A stretch of DNA of 44,186 nucleotides from Reclinomonas americana ATCC 50394 (taxonomy: Eukaryota), in contig PS015223.1 of assembly GCA_048213135.1 (NCBI GenBank), forward strand, positions 77,801 to 121,986. Direction: 5' to 3'. Made by a program: the position numbers and the translations under genes. Position 1 is the first letter of the stretch. Every line of letters begins with the position of its first letter. Shown here one piece after another: positions 1 through 10,728 of the stretch. The notes beneath the pieces are model-generated. The model was not told the origin of the DNA. It made no database searches and worked only from the letters and a program-made list of their open reading frames with translations.

Positions 1-630
1 GAGAGAGAGAGGAGGGGGGAGAGAAGGACAGTGACGACGGAAAGAGGTTGCTGACAATGGAGAGACGTGCGGGGAGGGGAGAGACGAGCAGTGATGATGC
101 AAAGAGGTTGCAGACAATGGAGAGTGGAGAAGAAGGGAGAGANNNNNNNNNNNNNNNNNNNNNNNNNNNNNNNNNNNNNNNNNNNNNNNNNNNNNNNNNN
201 NNNNNNNNNNNNNNNNNNNNNNNNNNNNNNNNNNNNNNNNNNNNNNNNNNNNNNNNNNNNNNNNNNNNNNNNNNNNNNNNNNNNNNNNNNNNNNNNNNNN
301 NNNNNNNNNNNNNNNNNNNNNNNNNNNNNNNNNNNNNNNNNNNNNNNNNNNNNNNNNNNNNNNNNNNNNNNNNNNNNNNNNNNNNNNNNNNNNNNNNNNN
401 NNNNNNNNNNNNNNNNNNNNNNNNNNNNNNNNNNNNNNNNNNNNNNNNNNNNNNNNNNNNNNNNNNNNNNNNNNNNNNNNNNNNNNNNNNNNNNNNNNNN
501 NNNNNNNNNNNNNNNNNNNNNNNNNNNNNNNNNNNNNNNNNNNNNNNNNNNNNNNNNNNNNNNNNNNNNNNNNNNNNNNNNNNNNNNNNNNNNNNNNNNN
601 NNNNNNNNNNNNNNNNNNNNNNNNNNNNNN

Positions 631-1500
631 GAGAAGATGAGGTGAGAGGTGGAGAGGAGGAAGTACAGGGGGTGAGAGGTGGGAAGAATATACGAAGAGA
701 AGCGAGAGACGGGCGGTGATGATGGAAAGTGGAGATGGAGAGGAAGAAAGAGAGGAATGTGCAGCAGGAGTGATCGAGAAGACAGCGATAAAGAAATGAA
801 GCGGGAGACATTGGAGAGACGAGAAGAAGGGAGACGGAGAAAGAGCGAGGGGTGAGTGAGGGGAGGTGGAGAGGAAGAAGGACGGAGAGGAAGAAGGACG
901 GAGAGAAGAGAAGAAAACAGGAAAGGAATGAGGCTGGAAGCAGTGGAGAGAGATGGGAAAGAGGAAGAGAAGAAGGGGCAGGGAGAGTGAGCGACAAGGG
1001 AGAAGTAGGTAGATGCAGAGGAAGAGATGGAGAGTGAGACATGGGCGAAGTGGACAGAAGAGAATGGGAAACGAATGAGAGATGGAGAGAGAGAGAGAGA
1101 GAAAGAGAGGGGAAGAATAGAAAGAGGAAAAAGGTGGAGAGTGAGAGGAAGAGAAGAAGGGCAAGGGAGGGAGAGTGAGCGACAAGGGAGAAGTAGTTAG
1201 ATGCAGAGGAAGAGATTGAGGGAGATGGAAACGACTGTTGAGAGAAAGGGAAGACGAACAGTGGAGGGCGACCAGAGTTGTAGATACATGTTGGAGAGTA
1301 CGAAGGGCAAATATGAAGGAAACGCAGAAGGCGCAGAGAGAGAGAGATAGAGAGAGGAGAAGAAGAGATGTGTATGAGAGAGAGAGAAAGAAATGGGAAA
1401 GAAAGAGAGGCGGAGAGTGAGGGGAAGAGAACAAGAGATGCACGAAAGACAGGGCCTATGGATGAGGAGACGAGAGAGAAAGAGAGAACGAGAGAAGCGA
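631..1500. repeat. GA-rich low-complexity region with degenerate internal duplication
   Basis: Purine-rich runs. GAGAGTGAGCGACAAGGGAGAAGTAG(G/T)TAGATGCAGAGGAAGAGAT occurs twice, at ~982 and ~1171. Adjacent to the N-gap at 143-630. Confidence 0.8.
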
Positions 1501-1604
1501 GGCAAATTGGAATGCATGCTCAAATCACTTGCCCTTCTCCCCCAGCCTCTATCTCTCTCTCTCTATCTCTCTTCCCCCTTCCACACACACAATAAAGACG
1601 CAAC

Positions 1605-1906
1605 ATCCTCCAACTCCTCGTCCATTACTCGCTTCAGTCCAAACGCATCGTACAAGTGCACACGTGGCGGCGATGGCAACTGCGCGCCACTGGCCGAGGC
1701 CGCGTGCTCCGCCAGAGAGGCAACCGCCGCGGCCTGCCCAGGCGGCGCCATCTCTAACAACACAGCACACGTGCAAGAAGTGAGAGAGAGAGAGAGAGTG
1801 GGGGAGACATGTCGCGTTGGTGGTGGTGGTGGCAGTGTGTGTATGTGTGTGAGTGTGTGGATGCAAATCAACCTGCGGCGCTGATGGGATCCGTTACGCT
1901 GCTCAT
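1605..1906 (-). CDS. Signal peptidase complex subunit 2 (SPC25/SPCS2)-like protein, 5' exons only; the rest is lost in degenerate GA-rich sequence and the gap
   Basis: Exons 1906-1873 and 1753-1605, joined by GT-AG intron 1872-1754, give MSSVTDPISAAEMAPPGQ...PPRVHLYDAFGLKRVMDEELED. The VxLYD...LK..(L/M)DE pattern resembles the SPC25 N-terminus as I recall it. The next donor is GTTGCGT at 1604; its acceptor is unresolved. Confidence 0.4.
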
Positions 1907-2325
1907 CAGCTTGGAGACTTGAATAGTGAGGAACGTCGCGAAGTCTTTGGGACTGTATACAGTGCTATGCGTTTCTTTTGTCAGGGTGAATGCAGAACGA
2001 GTGGGGCGCGAGCCCGGCTACGCAGCCGCACCTCTAGCTTAACTTTTGCCGCAAGCTAGTGACGGAATCGCGCAACAACAATGAGCGTCACCTGCAGTTG
2101 CAGATCGATATCCGGATCCGGATCCAGATATCGCTGCGATCACTGACACGCTGCGGTCCAGCCAGGCAAGTGAGCATTGGTGTCCACCACTGCCGGCTCT
2201 CAAGTCGAAAACCGCGGCCGCTGGTCGAATACGATCGACATCGCTGCATTCACGATCAATGCGTTGTTATTATTATTGTCCGCCGGAGGGCAGCTGACTC
2301 GCTTTATCATCCCACGTGCTGCGGC

Positions 2326-5300
2326 ATGAATCACCATGGCCACTACCAGTGGACGCTTGCTCTCCTGGTTGTCCTGTGCACAACATGCCTGGCTGGTAAG
2401 CTCTGCAGCGCTGCAGCGCAGTGCACCCTCTCAGCGCTGGCGCATGCGCGCAAGCCGCGCGCTGCTTATGCCATGCTTCTTGATTCTTACGTCCTCGCAA
2501 CCACCTCAAGCAGATGCGCAGACGGTAGCATTCGCCCCTGGTAGCTCCAGTGCACCGGAACAGTTTCAAATTGTGAAGGCAGTCGGAGAAGACGGTGAGA
2601 TCGATCGTGATGCGAAGGCGCGCGTGCGCAGCACCAGCACAGCAGAATCCCTACATACGCTTCCTTCTTTCGTTCTCATACCAGCACGTCGCGCGTGACT
2701 GGGTAAAGATGCAGAACCTGCGCAACATGCGGACATTTGTGACAACAACTATTTGTCAGATTGAATAGTCTCGTCGCTGTGCAACACGCCCACGTTTTCT
2801 CCTTCCTCCAGACCTCGACACCTCCGCCCCAACTGGCTCTCAGTCGGCCATCTGGGTCAACTGGACGACCCCCATCAACCAGGGCAACGCGCCGCCCACC
2901 GAGTTCGGTGTCGATGTTTCCAGCACCGGTGGCACCACCAAGTACACTGTTGCGTCTTCTCGCTCCCACTCTCCCTCCTCTCCTCCTCTCTCTCTCTCTC
3001 CTCTGCTCACTCTCCTCCTCTCCTTTCTTCTCTCCTCTCTGCAGTGCTCCGCTGTCAACGCCATTGTGGCCAACGGCGGAGCCGCCTCTGGTGGTGCCGG
3101 CTGCTACGGCATGATTCTGCGCTACTTTGACCAGAACATCCAGGAGGGCGTGCAGTACACCATCGCTGTTGCGTCTCCTCCCCTCCTCTTCCCTTCTCTT
3201 CCCCCCTCTCCCCACTCATCTCATCTCTTTCCCCCACCCGCAGGCCTACGCGGTCAACGCGTACGGTGAGGGCGTCCGCACTTCGGCGCAGGTCGTGACG
3301 GTGCCTCTCGGTGGCACCCCGCGTCAGCCGACGCTCTTGACCATCAGCTACACGGCTGCCACGTCGTTTGTGCTGTCGTTCTACCCGCCGATCAAGATCG
3401 GTCAGACTGGCGCCACTGGCTCCGGCAACGTTGCCAACTTCAACCAGCTGCAGACTCCCTTCTTCCAGGTGCAGATCCGCAGCTCGACTGGCGCCTCGCT
3501 GACCGCCTGGACTCCGGTGACCTTCTACACGGAGACCATCAACGGCAGCAACGTCAATGCGGCCATCAATCCGTTCGCCAACACGTACAACGTGCCGTTC
3601 TCGCAGCAGTCGTGCGTGGTGTCAGGCACTGGTGCCACCGCCTCGTCCAGCCTGCTGCAGCCGAACACTGGCTACGTGGTGCGCGTACGCGCTGTGGGCC
3701 AGTGGGGCTTTGGCCCGTGGAGCACTGTTGCGTCTTTCTTATCAGTCTCTTGCTTTGAGAGGCACTCAGCTCACCTCACAATTCTCCATCTTTCCTCCGC
3801 ACAGACCATGTCGGCGACCACCCAGGACGGCAAGCAGTCTCCGGGCAAGGTCGGAACCCCGATCTCTGTGGCTTCCGCCTCTGATGGCGGTCTGGTGTCG
3901 TGGACCACGCCTCAGCTGACTGGTGGTGCCATCACCGGCTGGAAGGTCGAGGCTGCGGCCTCGGCCGGCGCCAACATCGGCACTGTGATGTACAACGCCT
4001 TCGGCGCCTCGTTTACTGGCTCGCCGGTGACCGACACGACCTTTGGCCGTGTGTCTGGTGGTCACATTCTGATCTCCAAGCTGTCGTCGACCAACATCAC
4101 CAAATACGTCATCCGCGTGACTGCGCAGAACGCCAACGGTGACGGCACTGCTGCGCTCGACACTGCGTCACAGCTCGCAATCACCCTCTCCAATGCCGCC
4201 GGTGTGAACCCGGTGCTGCCGACTCAGACCCTGGTGGGCTGCTGGACGGTGACTGGAAGTACCACAATCAACTGCCTGGCCAACACGACTGCCGCCACCA
4301 CCATTGGTAGCGGTGGTTTTGGCACGACCCCGTACACTTTCGTCGCCAATGGCGTCGCTGGCGCCACTCTCGGCTTTCTGTCGATGGGTGCCAGCGACCT
4401 TACTGGCACCCTGACCTTCTCGGCCACCGCTGCTGGTACAGTGGCGCTTCAGGCGGCTAATGCTGCTGGTAGCACCTTCACTGCCGGTATCACATTTGTT
4501 TCCTCTGTCGGTGTCAACGCCCCCGCCGATGCAATCTTCTATGATCGTGCTGGCAACAACGTGGTGGGTGGCACCTCTGCCAACGGATATCTCACCATCG
4601 GCGTGAACTTTGCGGTCATTTCTCCCGGTTCGCCGACTAACCGAGGGACTGTGACCACTGCTGGCTCGGGAACTGCACTTGGCGGAATGGCGGGTGTTGC
4701 CTTCTGCAGTGGACCTACCAACCAGGCCGCAGTCACCGTTGCGACCAACTTTGCCTTTCTTGACGGAACCACTGCAACGTCTGTGCTTACGGCACCCAAG
4801 TTTGTCGTGGCTATCCGTGGAACTCCGTCTGTGATTATGTCCTATGGCGTCACCTGGACGCTGACCACAGGCAATTCTGGATCGCTTCTCTGCTGCTCGA
4901 GCAATGCAGGTCAGCCCAACGCCACTGCCGGTCGCGTAGTTGCTATTTCGAAGACAGCTGGCGCGTACAGCAAAGTATTTACGGGCTGTCCGGTCACGGG
5001 AGGGGGCACAGGCACTGGCGCGACTGTGGATGTCACTATCGGAACAAACGGCAATCTCATTGCGGCGACGATTAATGCGGCCGGCACTGGCTATGGCAAT
5101 ATGCAAGCCGTCACGTTGACGTTGACAGGCGGCGTCTGTACCAGTGGTAGCGCAACGCTGCCGGCGCCCGGCGCCAACCTAGCGACCTGTACTATCACGA
5201 GCCAGGTCGCTGGCACACTTACTGGCACCTGCACCCCTGCCGCCACCGGTATGGGAGGCTACGCCGTGGCGTCTACGTACACTGCAGTTGCCACCTCCAC

Positions 5301-8300
5301 GAGCGGTGGCGGCACTGGACTGACACTGGACCTCACCGTCAGCGCCACTGGCGTCGCTTCGGCTGTTGTCAACGCGCAAGGATCTGGCTACGCTGTCAAT
5401 GACACCATCTTTTTCACAACGCCCACTGCTCTCAGCGTTGCGGGTGGCGGCGCTGCGTACTCTGGCACTGTCAGCACAGTTAGCCTCGCTGCTACCTCAC
5501 TCGGTACCACCGCTAGTAGCATTGGTGCTCTCCCCGCCGCCAACTCGATCACCGTCATTGACATCACCGACACGGCGCTGACCTTTGTCATCACCATGAC
5601 CGGTGGGCAGTACGTTGCGAACCAGGCCACCGTCAATGCCTCGTCTGCTGCCAGCGTCTACGCTTTTACTGCCACTGGCACGGCCAACGTGCGCGGTGTC
5701 TCCGTCGCCTCGGGCCTCACCACCACCGCCAACAGCAACCAGCCCGCCACTGGTCATATTAACGGCTGGCAGGTCACCCTCTCCGGCCTCCTCCCCGGCC
5801 GTCAGTACTTCCCACAGGTGTCGTTCTCCGTCACGAATGGCGACAGCACCAACTCCTCCGCCGCCGTCTCGCCGACTGGCAACAACTTCTACACCGCCAC
5901 CAGTTGCGCTTCCCACACCACCTTTCTCTCTCTCTCTCGCCAAAGAAAATCTCACCCTCTCTTCGCCTTGCCTCTCTTGCGAACAGCCCGCCCTCCGGCC
6001 GCCACTGCCGGCTCCAACGCCATCTACTACATTGGCAGCACGCAGGCCACCATCTGGCTGCAGCTGCCGACTGACCTCGTCGGCCAGGGCGGTCTCTCCA
6101 CCAACGCCTCGGTCGGCACTGCTGCCAACCAGTTTCAGGACATCAACACCTCGCTCACCGTGCAGCAGACGTCCAACCTGGCCGTCACTGCCACCTCGTA
6201 CCGCGCGTTCGTCCTCACCGACGCTGGTCCCACCACTGTGACCGCCGCCAGCGTGTCGTCTGGCACGTGGCGCGGCTACACGTTGAGTGCGCTCGCGGCC
6301 GCTGACGCCACCACTGGCCAGGGCTACACCATCAACGTATGGACCGAGTCGCAGGTCAACCGCTCGACCAGGGCTTGGAGCGGCACTCTGACCACCAGCG
6401 GCACCGATGCCACCAAGGTGTCGACTGCGGCGCCGACGCTGTCGTCCAACCTGCGCTACGTCACGTCAACCTCGGCGTGGGTGGAGTGGGAGGGTGTGGC
6501 GGCCAACGTGGGTGTGATTGGCGCTGCCTCGTGGTACGTCAAGTCGGACTGCGGCACCGGTGCGGTGACGGTGGTCACCAGCATTGGCGACCTTACCGAC
6601 TTTGGCATCCCGGTCGGCAGCTCTGGTCTGTCGCGCAACCGCGTGCTCGTCAAGGTCACTGGCCTGACTGGCACCAGCTGCGCTGTGTCTGTGGCCTACA
6701 ACAACGGCAACGGCACTCCTGGTGCCAACGGTGCCAACCTGACCTTCTCGTCGGCCGTGGCGGTGACTCTGGCGTCCGGGGCGCCGGCCACGCCGACTGG
6801 CTACACTGTGGCGCCGTACACTGGCTCCGTGGACCAGGTCACTTCGACGTCGTTTGTCGTCGCCTTCAACTACCCGGCCACCTTTGGCACTGGCGACACT
6901 GGCGCTGCGCCGACGGCCGCCTACACGGTGACCAATGCCAGCACTGACCAGCCCGCCATCACCACCGGCTCGACTGGCAACGGCAACCTCGCCACCTCGT
7001 TCTTCGGCCTGTTCTCGTACACCTCTGGCTTCTACCAGCAGATCACTGGCTTCACTGTGAGCGGCACGACCAACAACTTTGTGGCCGCTACGCAGTACGC
7101 GGTCAAGGCCAAGTTCACCGTGAACAACAACACCACTGCCTCGTCGGCTGGCTCCATCCAGGCCACCACCGACAACAACGGCTCCGTGCCGGCTGCGCCC
7201 ACTGGTGTGGCGTACTCGCGGCTGTTCTCAACTGGCGTGCGCCTCAACTTCTCGACCCCGATCAGCGTCGGCGGCTCCAACACTGCCACCTCGAGCGCCA
7301 CGCAGAGCAACCTGACGACGCCGACTCCGAACGTGAGCGCCTACCGTGTGGTGTACTCGACCATCGGTTCCTCGTCGGTAACCGCTGTATCCGGCACTGC
7401 CGTCAACATTGACACCAGCTCCATTCCGTCCACCAACGGCACTGGCGCTGCTGTGTCGTGGAACGCCAACCTGTCGACCTACTACATTGACGTGACTGGC
7501 CTGCCGGCTGGCACCTCGGTCAACCTGCAGATCTGCGCCAGCAACCAGTTCTCGATTGCCTTCCCGACCTCGCCCTTCAACCCGGCTGGCACTGCCGCCA
7601 ACCCGGTGACGTGCGTGTTCAGCACTGCCATCAACTTCACCACTCCGGCTGCCACCGGTGTCGTGCCGAACCCGCCGACCAACTTGGCCGTGACGCAGTA
7701 CGGCCTGACCAACATCTCCCTGCAGTGGACGATTCCGCAGAACTTTGGCTCCAACGCCGTGACGGTGTTCACGATCTTCCGCGGCACGGGCAGCGCGACC
7801 CCGGTGTCTGTGGGCACGGTGACCCTGCCGGCTGGCTGGGCGCTGACTGCTGCTTATGTCGCCGACACGCTGACGGCCAACACGTCGTACACGTACCAGG
7901 TGTACGCCACTGCCACGTCGACCAACTCGGCCACGGCTGCTGGCCCGCTGACTCAGACCACTCACAACATCAGTTGCGTGGAGGGAGAAAGGAGGGGAGG
8001 GGGGTGGGAAGGGAAAGGGAAAGATTAAGAGGGGAGGGGAGTGGTAGTGAGAGAGGGAGAAGGGAACCATCTACTTGTTTTGAATATCAGTATCTCATCC
8101 ACCACCTCCCTTCTCCTCCAATACACAGATGATGCTCCGATCGCCCCGGCCGCCCCGACGCTGGCTGCTGGTATTGCGAACTCGCAGGGCACCAACTCGA
8201 GCGCCGGCTGCGCTGCTGTGGCTGGTACCCTCGGTGTGGGCTTCTCTGGCAACTGCTACCAGGACACCATCACCAGCATCTCGTGGGCGTCGCCGATTGG

Positions 8301-10509
8301 CATTGGTGGCACCTCCATCAACGGCTACGTTGTGACGCAGAACACCAGCAACTGCAACCGCACCTACACGTGGACGACGCTGACCACCAACTTCAACTTC
8401 CCGACCATTCCGGGCAAGTCGTACACCTACGCCGTGCAGGCCACCAACACCCGCTCGGACTCTGGTGTGACCTCGACGCAGAACGGTGCTCAGTCGGACA
8501 CTCTGCCGCAGATTGCCAACTCTATTGTGCGCCCGTACCCGCTGCCGGCTCTGACCACTGGCGGCTCGGCTGGCACGACTGGCTCCGGCTACGCCACCTT
8601 TACGCTGTCGACCCCGTCGACTGTGGTCGGCACGCAGTACTCGCTGGCCACCTCGGACTTCACTTGGAGCTTTGTCGGCGTGCAGGTGCTGGTGCAGAAC
8701 CTGACCAACGTCACCTCGACCGCCTTCGTGCCGGACTCCTTTGTGACTCAGTTCACTGGCTCGTTCGGCTCGACCACCACGACGCTGTTGGTGAATGGCC
8801 TCACCTCCAACACCAAGTACCGCATTGGCGTGGCGTCGTTCAACGGCTACCAGACTGCCTGGTCTGCGTCGGCCATCACCATCACCACGGCCACGTCGCC
8901 GCAGCGCCCGAGCGGCATCACGTCGCTGTCTTCGAACCTTCTGCTCAAGCGTTCGACCTCGATCTGGCTCAGCTGGGGACAGCCGCAGGAGACTGGCGGC
9001 CAGGGCTTCGTGAACCAGTGGCAGGTGTCGTGGCGCGCGGCTACGGCCAGCACGCTGACCCAGAACACCACCTCGGTGCAGCAGGCTGTGATCCGCGGCC
9101 TCACTGACGCCACCAACTACTTCATCGATGTGCGCGGCATCAACGGCATTGGCACGTCGACCACTCAGGCCACCTTTGGTGACTTCATTGTCGGCAACGG
9201 CCTCAACAACAACGTGCTGACGGGCCAGGTGCCGAACGACCAGACCAACTTTGCGGTGACCAGCAACACTGGCACGGCGATTGCGTTCTCGTGGACGACC
9301 GCCACTGGCGCGTCGACTGCCATCTCTGCCCAGTCGCTGACTGGTGCGTCGGCTACGACTACAAGCCCGAGTGTCGCGTTGGGTGCCACCGACACCACGG
9401 CGTCTGTGACGGTGGTGAACGGCAACTTTTACCGCTTCTTCCTCAACGCGACCAACTCGATTGGCACGGGCAACAACTCGCTGTCGATCTACATCCAGGC
9501 GTCGCCGGTGACCACGACTGGCATTGTGCCGGCTGCTGGCACCCCGTCGCTGGACTTCTACGCCGCCAACGAGTACCGCGTGTCGTGGACTGCGGTGGGC
9601 GCCACCACCTACTACCTGGTGTTCTGGCAGTGGACGACCCGCTTCCTGGCGTCGACTGGCAACCCGGCCGCCGCTGACGGCCTGGGCCTGAACACTGCTG
9701 TGCTCGGCACCGTCACCAACCCGGCCATTGCCGGCACTTGTGTGCAGCTGTTCCAGACCATCAAGCCGTCGTCGCGCTACCGCATGGTGCTGATTGGTGG
9801 CAACACCGTCGGCCTCGGCCAGGGCTCGCAGGGCACCGCCAACAACAACATTGGCACGCCGACTCAGGGCGCTCTGACCCAGACGGGCACGGCTTCCGCT
9901 CCGGCCGCCCCGACTCAGGGCACCAACACCAACACCTCGATCACCGTCAACTTCTCGACCCCGATCTACACTGGTCTCGGTCTGATCACCAGCTACCAGA
10001 TCCAGACGATTCCGGAGAACGGCGGCACTGTGGTAATCGGCTACAAGGACGCCACCGACTCGACGTCATCTTCGCGCGCCAACTACACGTTCACTCAGGC
10101 GAACCTGCAGCCGGGCACGCCATACGTGGTGAACGTGCGCGCCATCAACTCGTTCGGCCAGTCGATCCCGTCGGCCAACCTGCGTGTGTCGACAACTGGT
10201 GACGACGGCAGTCCATCAGGCGGCTCTGGCCTTCCTGTGTGGGCGTGGGTTTTGATAGGACTGGCTGCTGCTGCGGTGTTGTCGCTGATTGTTTTGCTCC
10301 TGGTGCTGGCGATTCGTAGACGGCGCCGTTCAGCCGCACGGCGACGAGCTCAAAACTACGCCGGTTCCAATGTTGAGATGGACAATGTTTTCGACGCACA
10401 CCGATTTCCTGCATCCCCGGTTCGAGTACCAGTAGAGCTGAATCATGGGCAGGGCGAGGGAGCGCCGGTCCCTGTCCATCCGCAGGCGCAAGGAGAGCGA
10501 GTGTGGTAA
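2326..10509 (+). CDS. Large (~2450 aa) Ser/Thr/Gly/Ala-rich fibronectin type III repeat type I membrane protein (adhesin/receptor-like)
   Basis: Exons 2326-2395, 2514-2594, 2812-2948, 3045-3167, 3244-3726, 3805-5902, 5987-7972 and 8129-10509 splice in frame (7359 nt). Signal peptide (WTLALLVVLCTTCLA). Many FN3 signatures (PPTNLAV..SLQW, LQPNTGYVVRVRAV, LTSNTKYRIGVASFN, LQPGTPYVVNVRAINSFG). C-terminal TM (VWAWVLIGLAAAAVLSLIVLLLVLAI) plus RRRRR stop-transfer and a short non-enzymatic tail. Confidence 0.9.
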
Positions 10510-10728
10510 CTTCGACGTCGTCGATAGTGGTTATTAAATTTTAAACGATGAGTGTGTGCTGCACTGCCACGCCACTATGCAGCACAAGCGACGAAACCAG
10601 TTGCAGGTCGTCGTGGCGGGCTGACAATCGCAATGAACTTCGCAGCGAAGTCCCTGCACATTTTTTTTTGCAACGAGCACGCTGCGAAACTTCACCGTCC
10701 AGCCTCGCTCCCGCAGCCGACTATTGCT

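Noticed and set aside
48-719. ORFs spanning N-runs (also 16415-17844 and 28473-29284)
   Set aside because: Open only because Ns contain no stops; the flanks are low-complexity.
3557-10414. Many alternative-frame and antisense ORFs over the FN3 gene and other genes
   Set aside because: Shadow ORFs expected from high GC and strong codon bias; no recognisable motifs.
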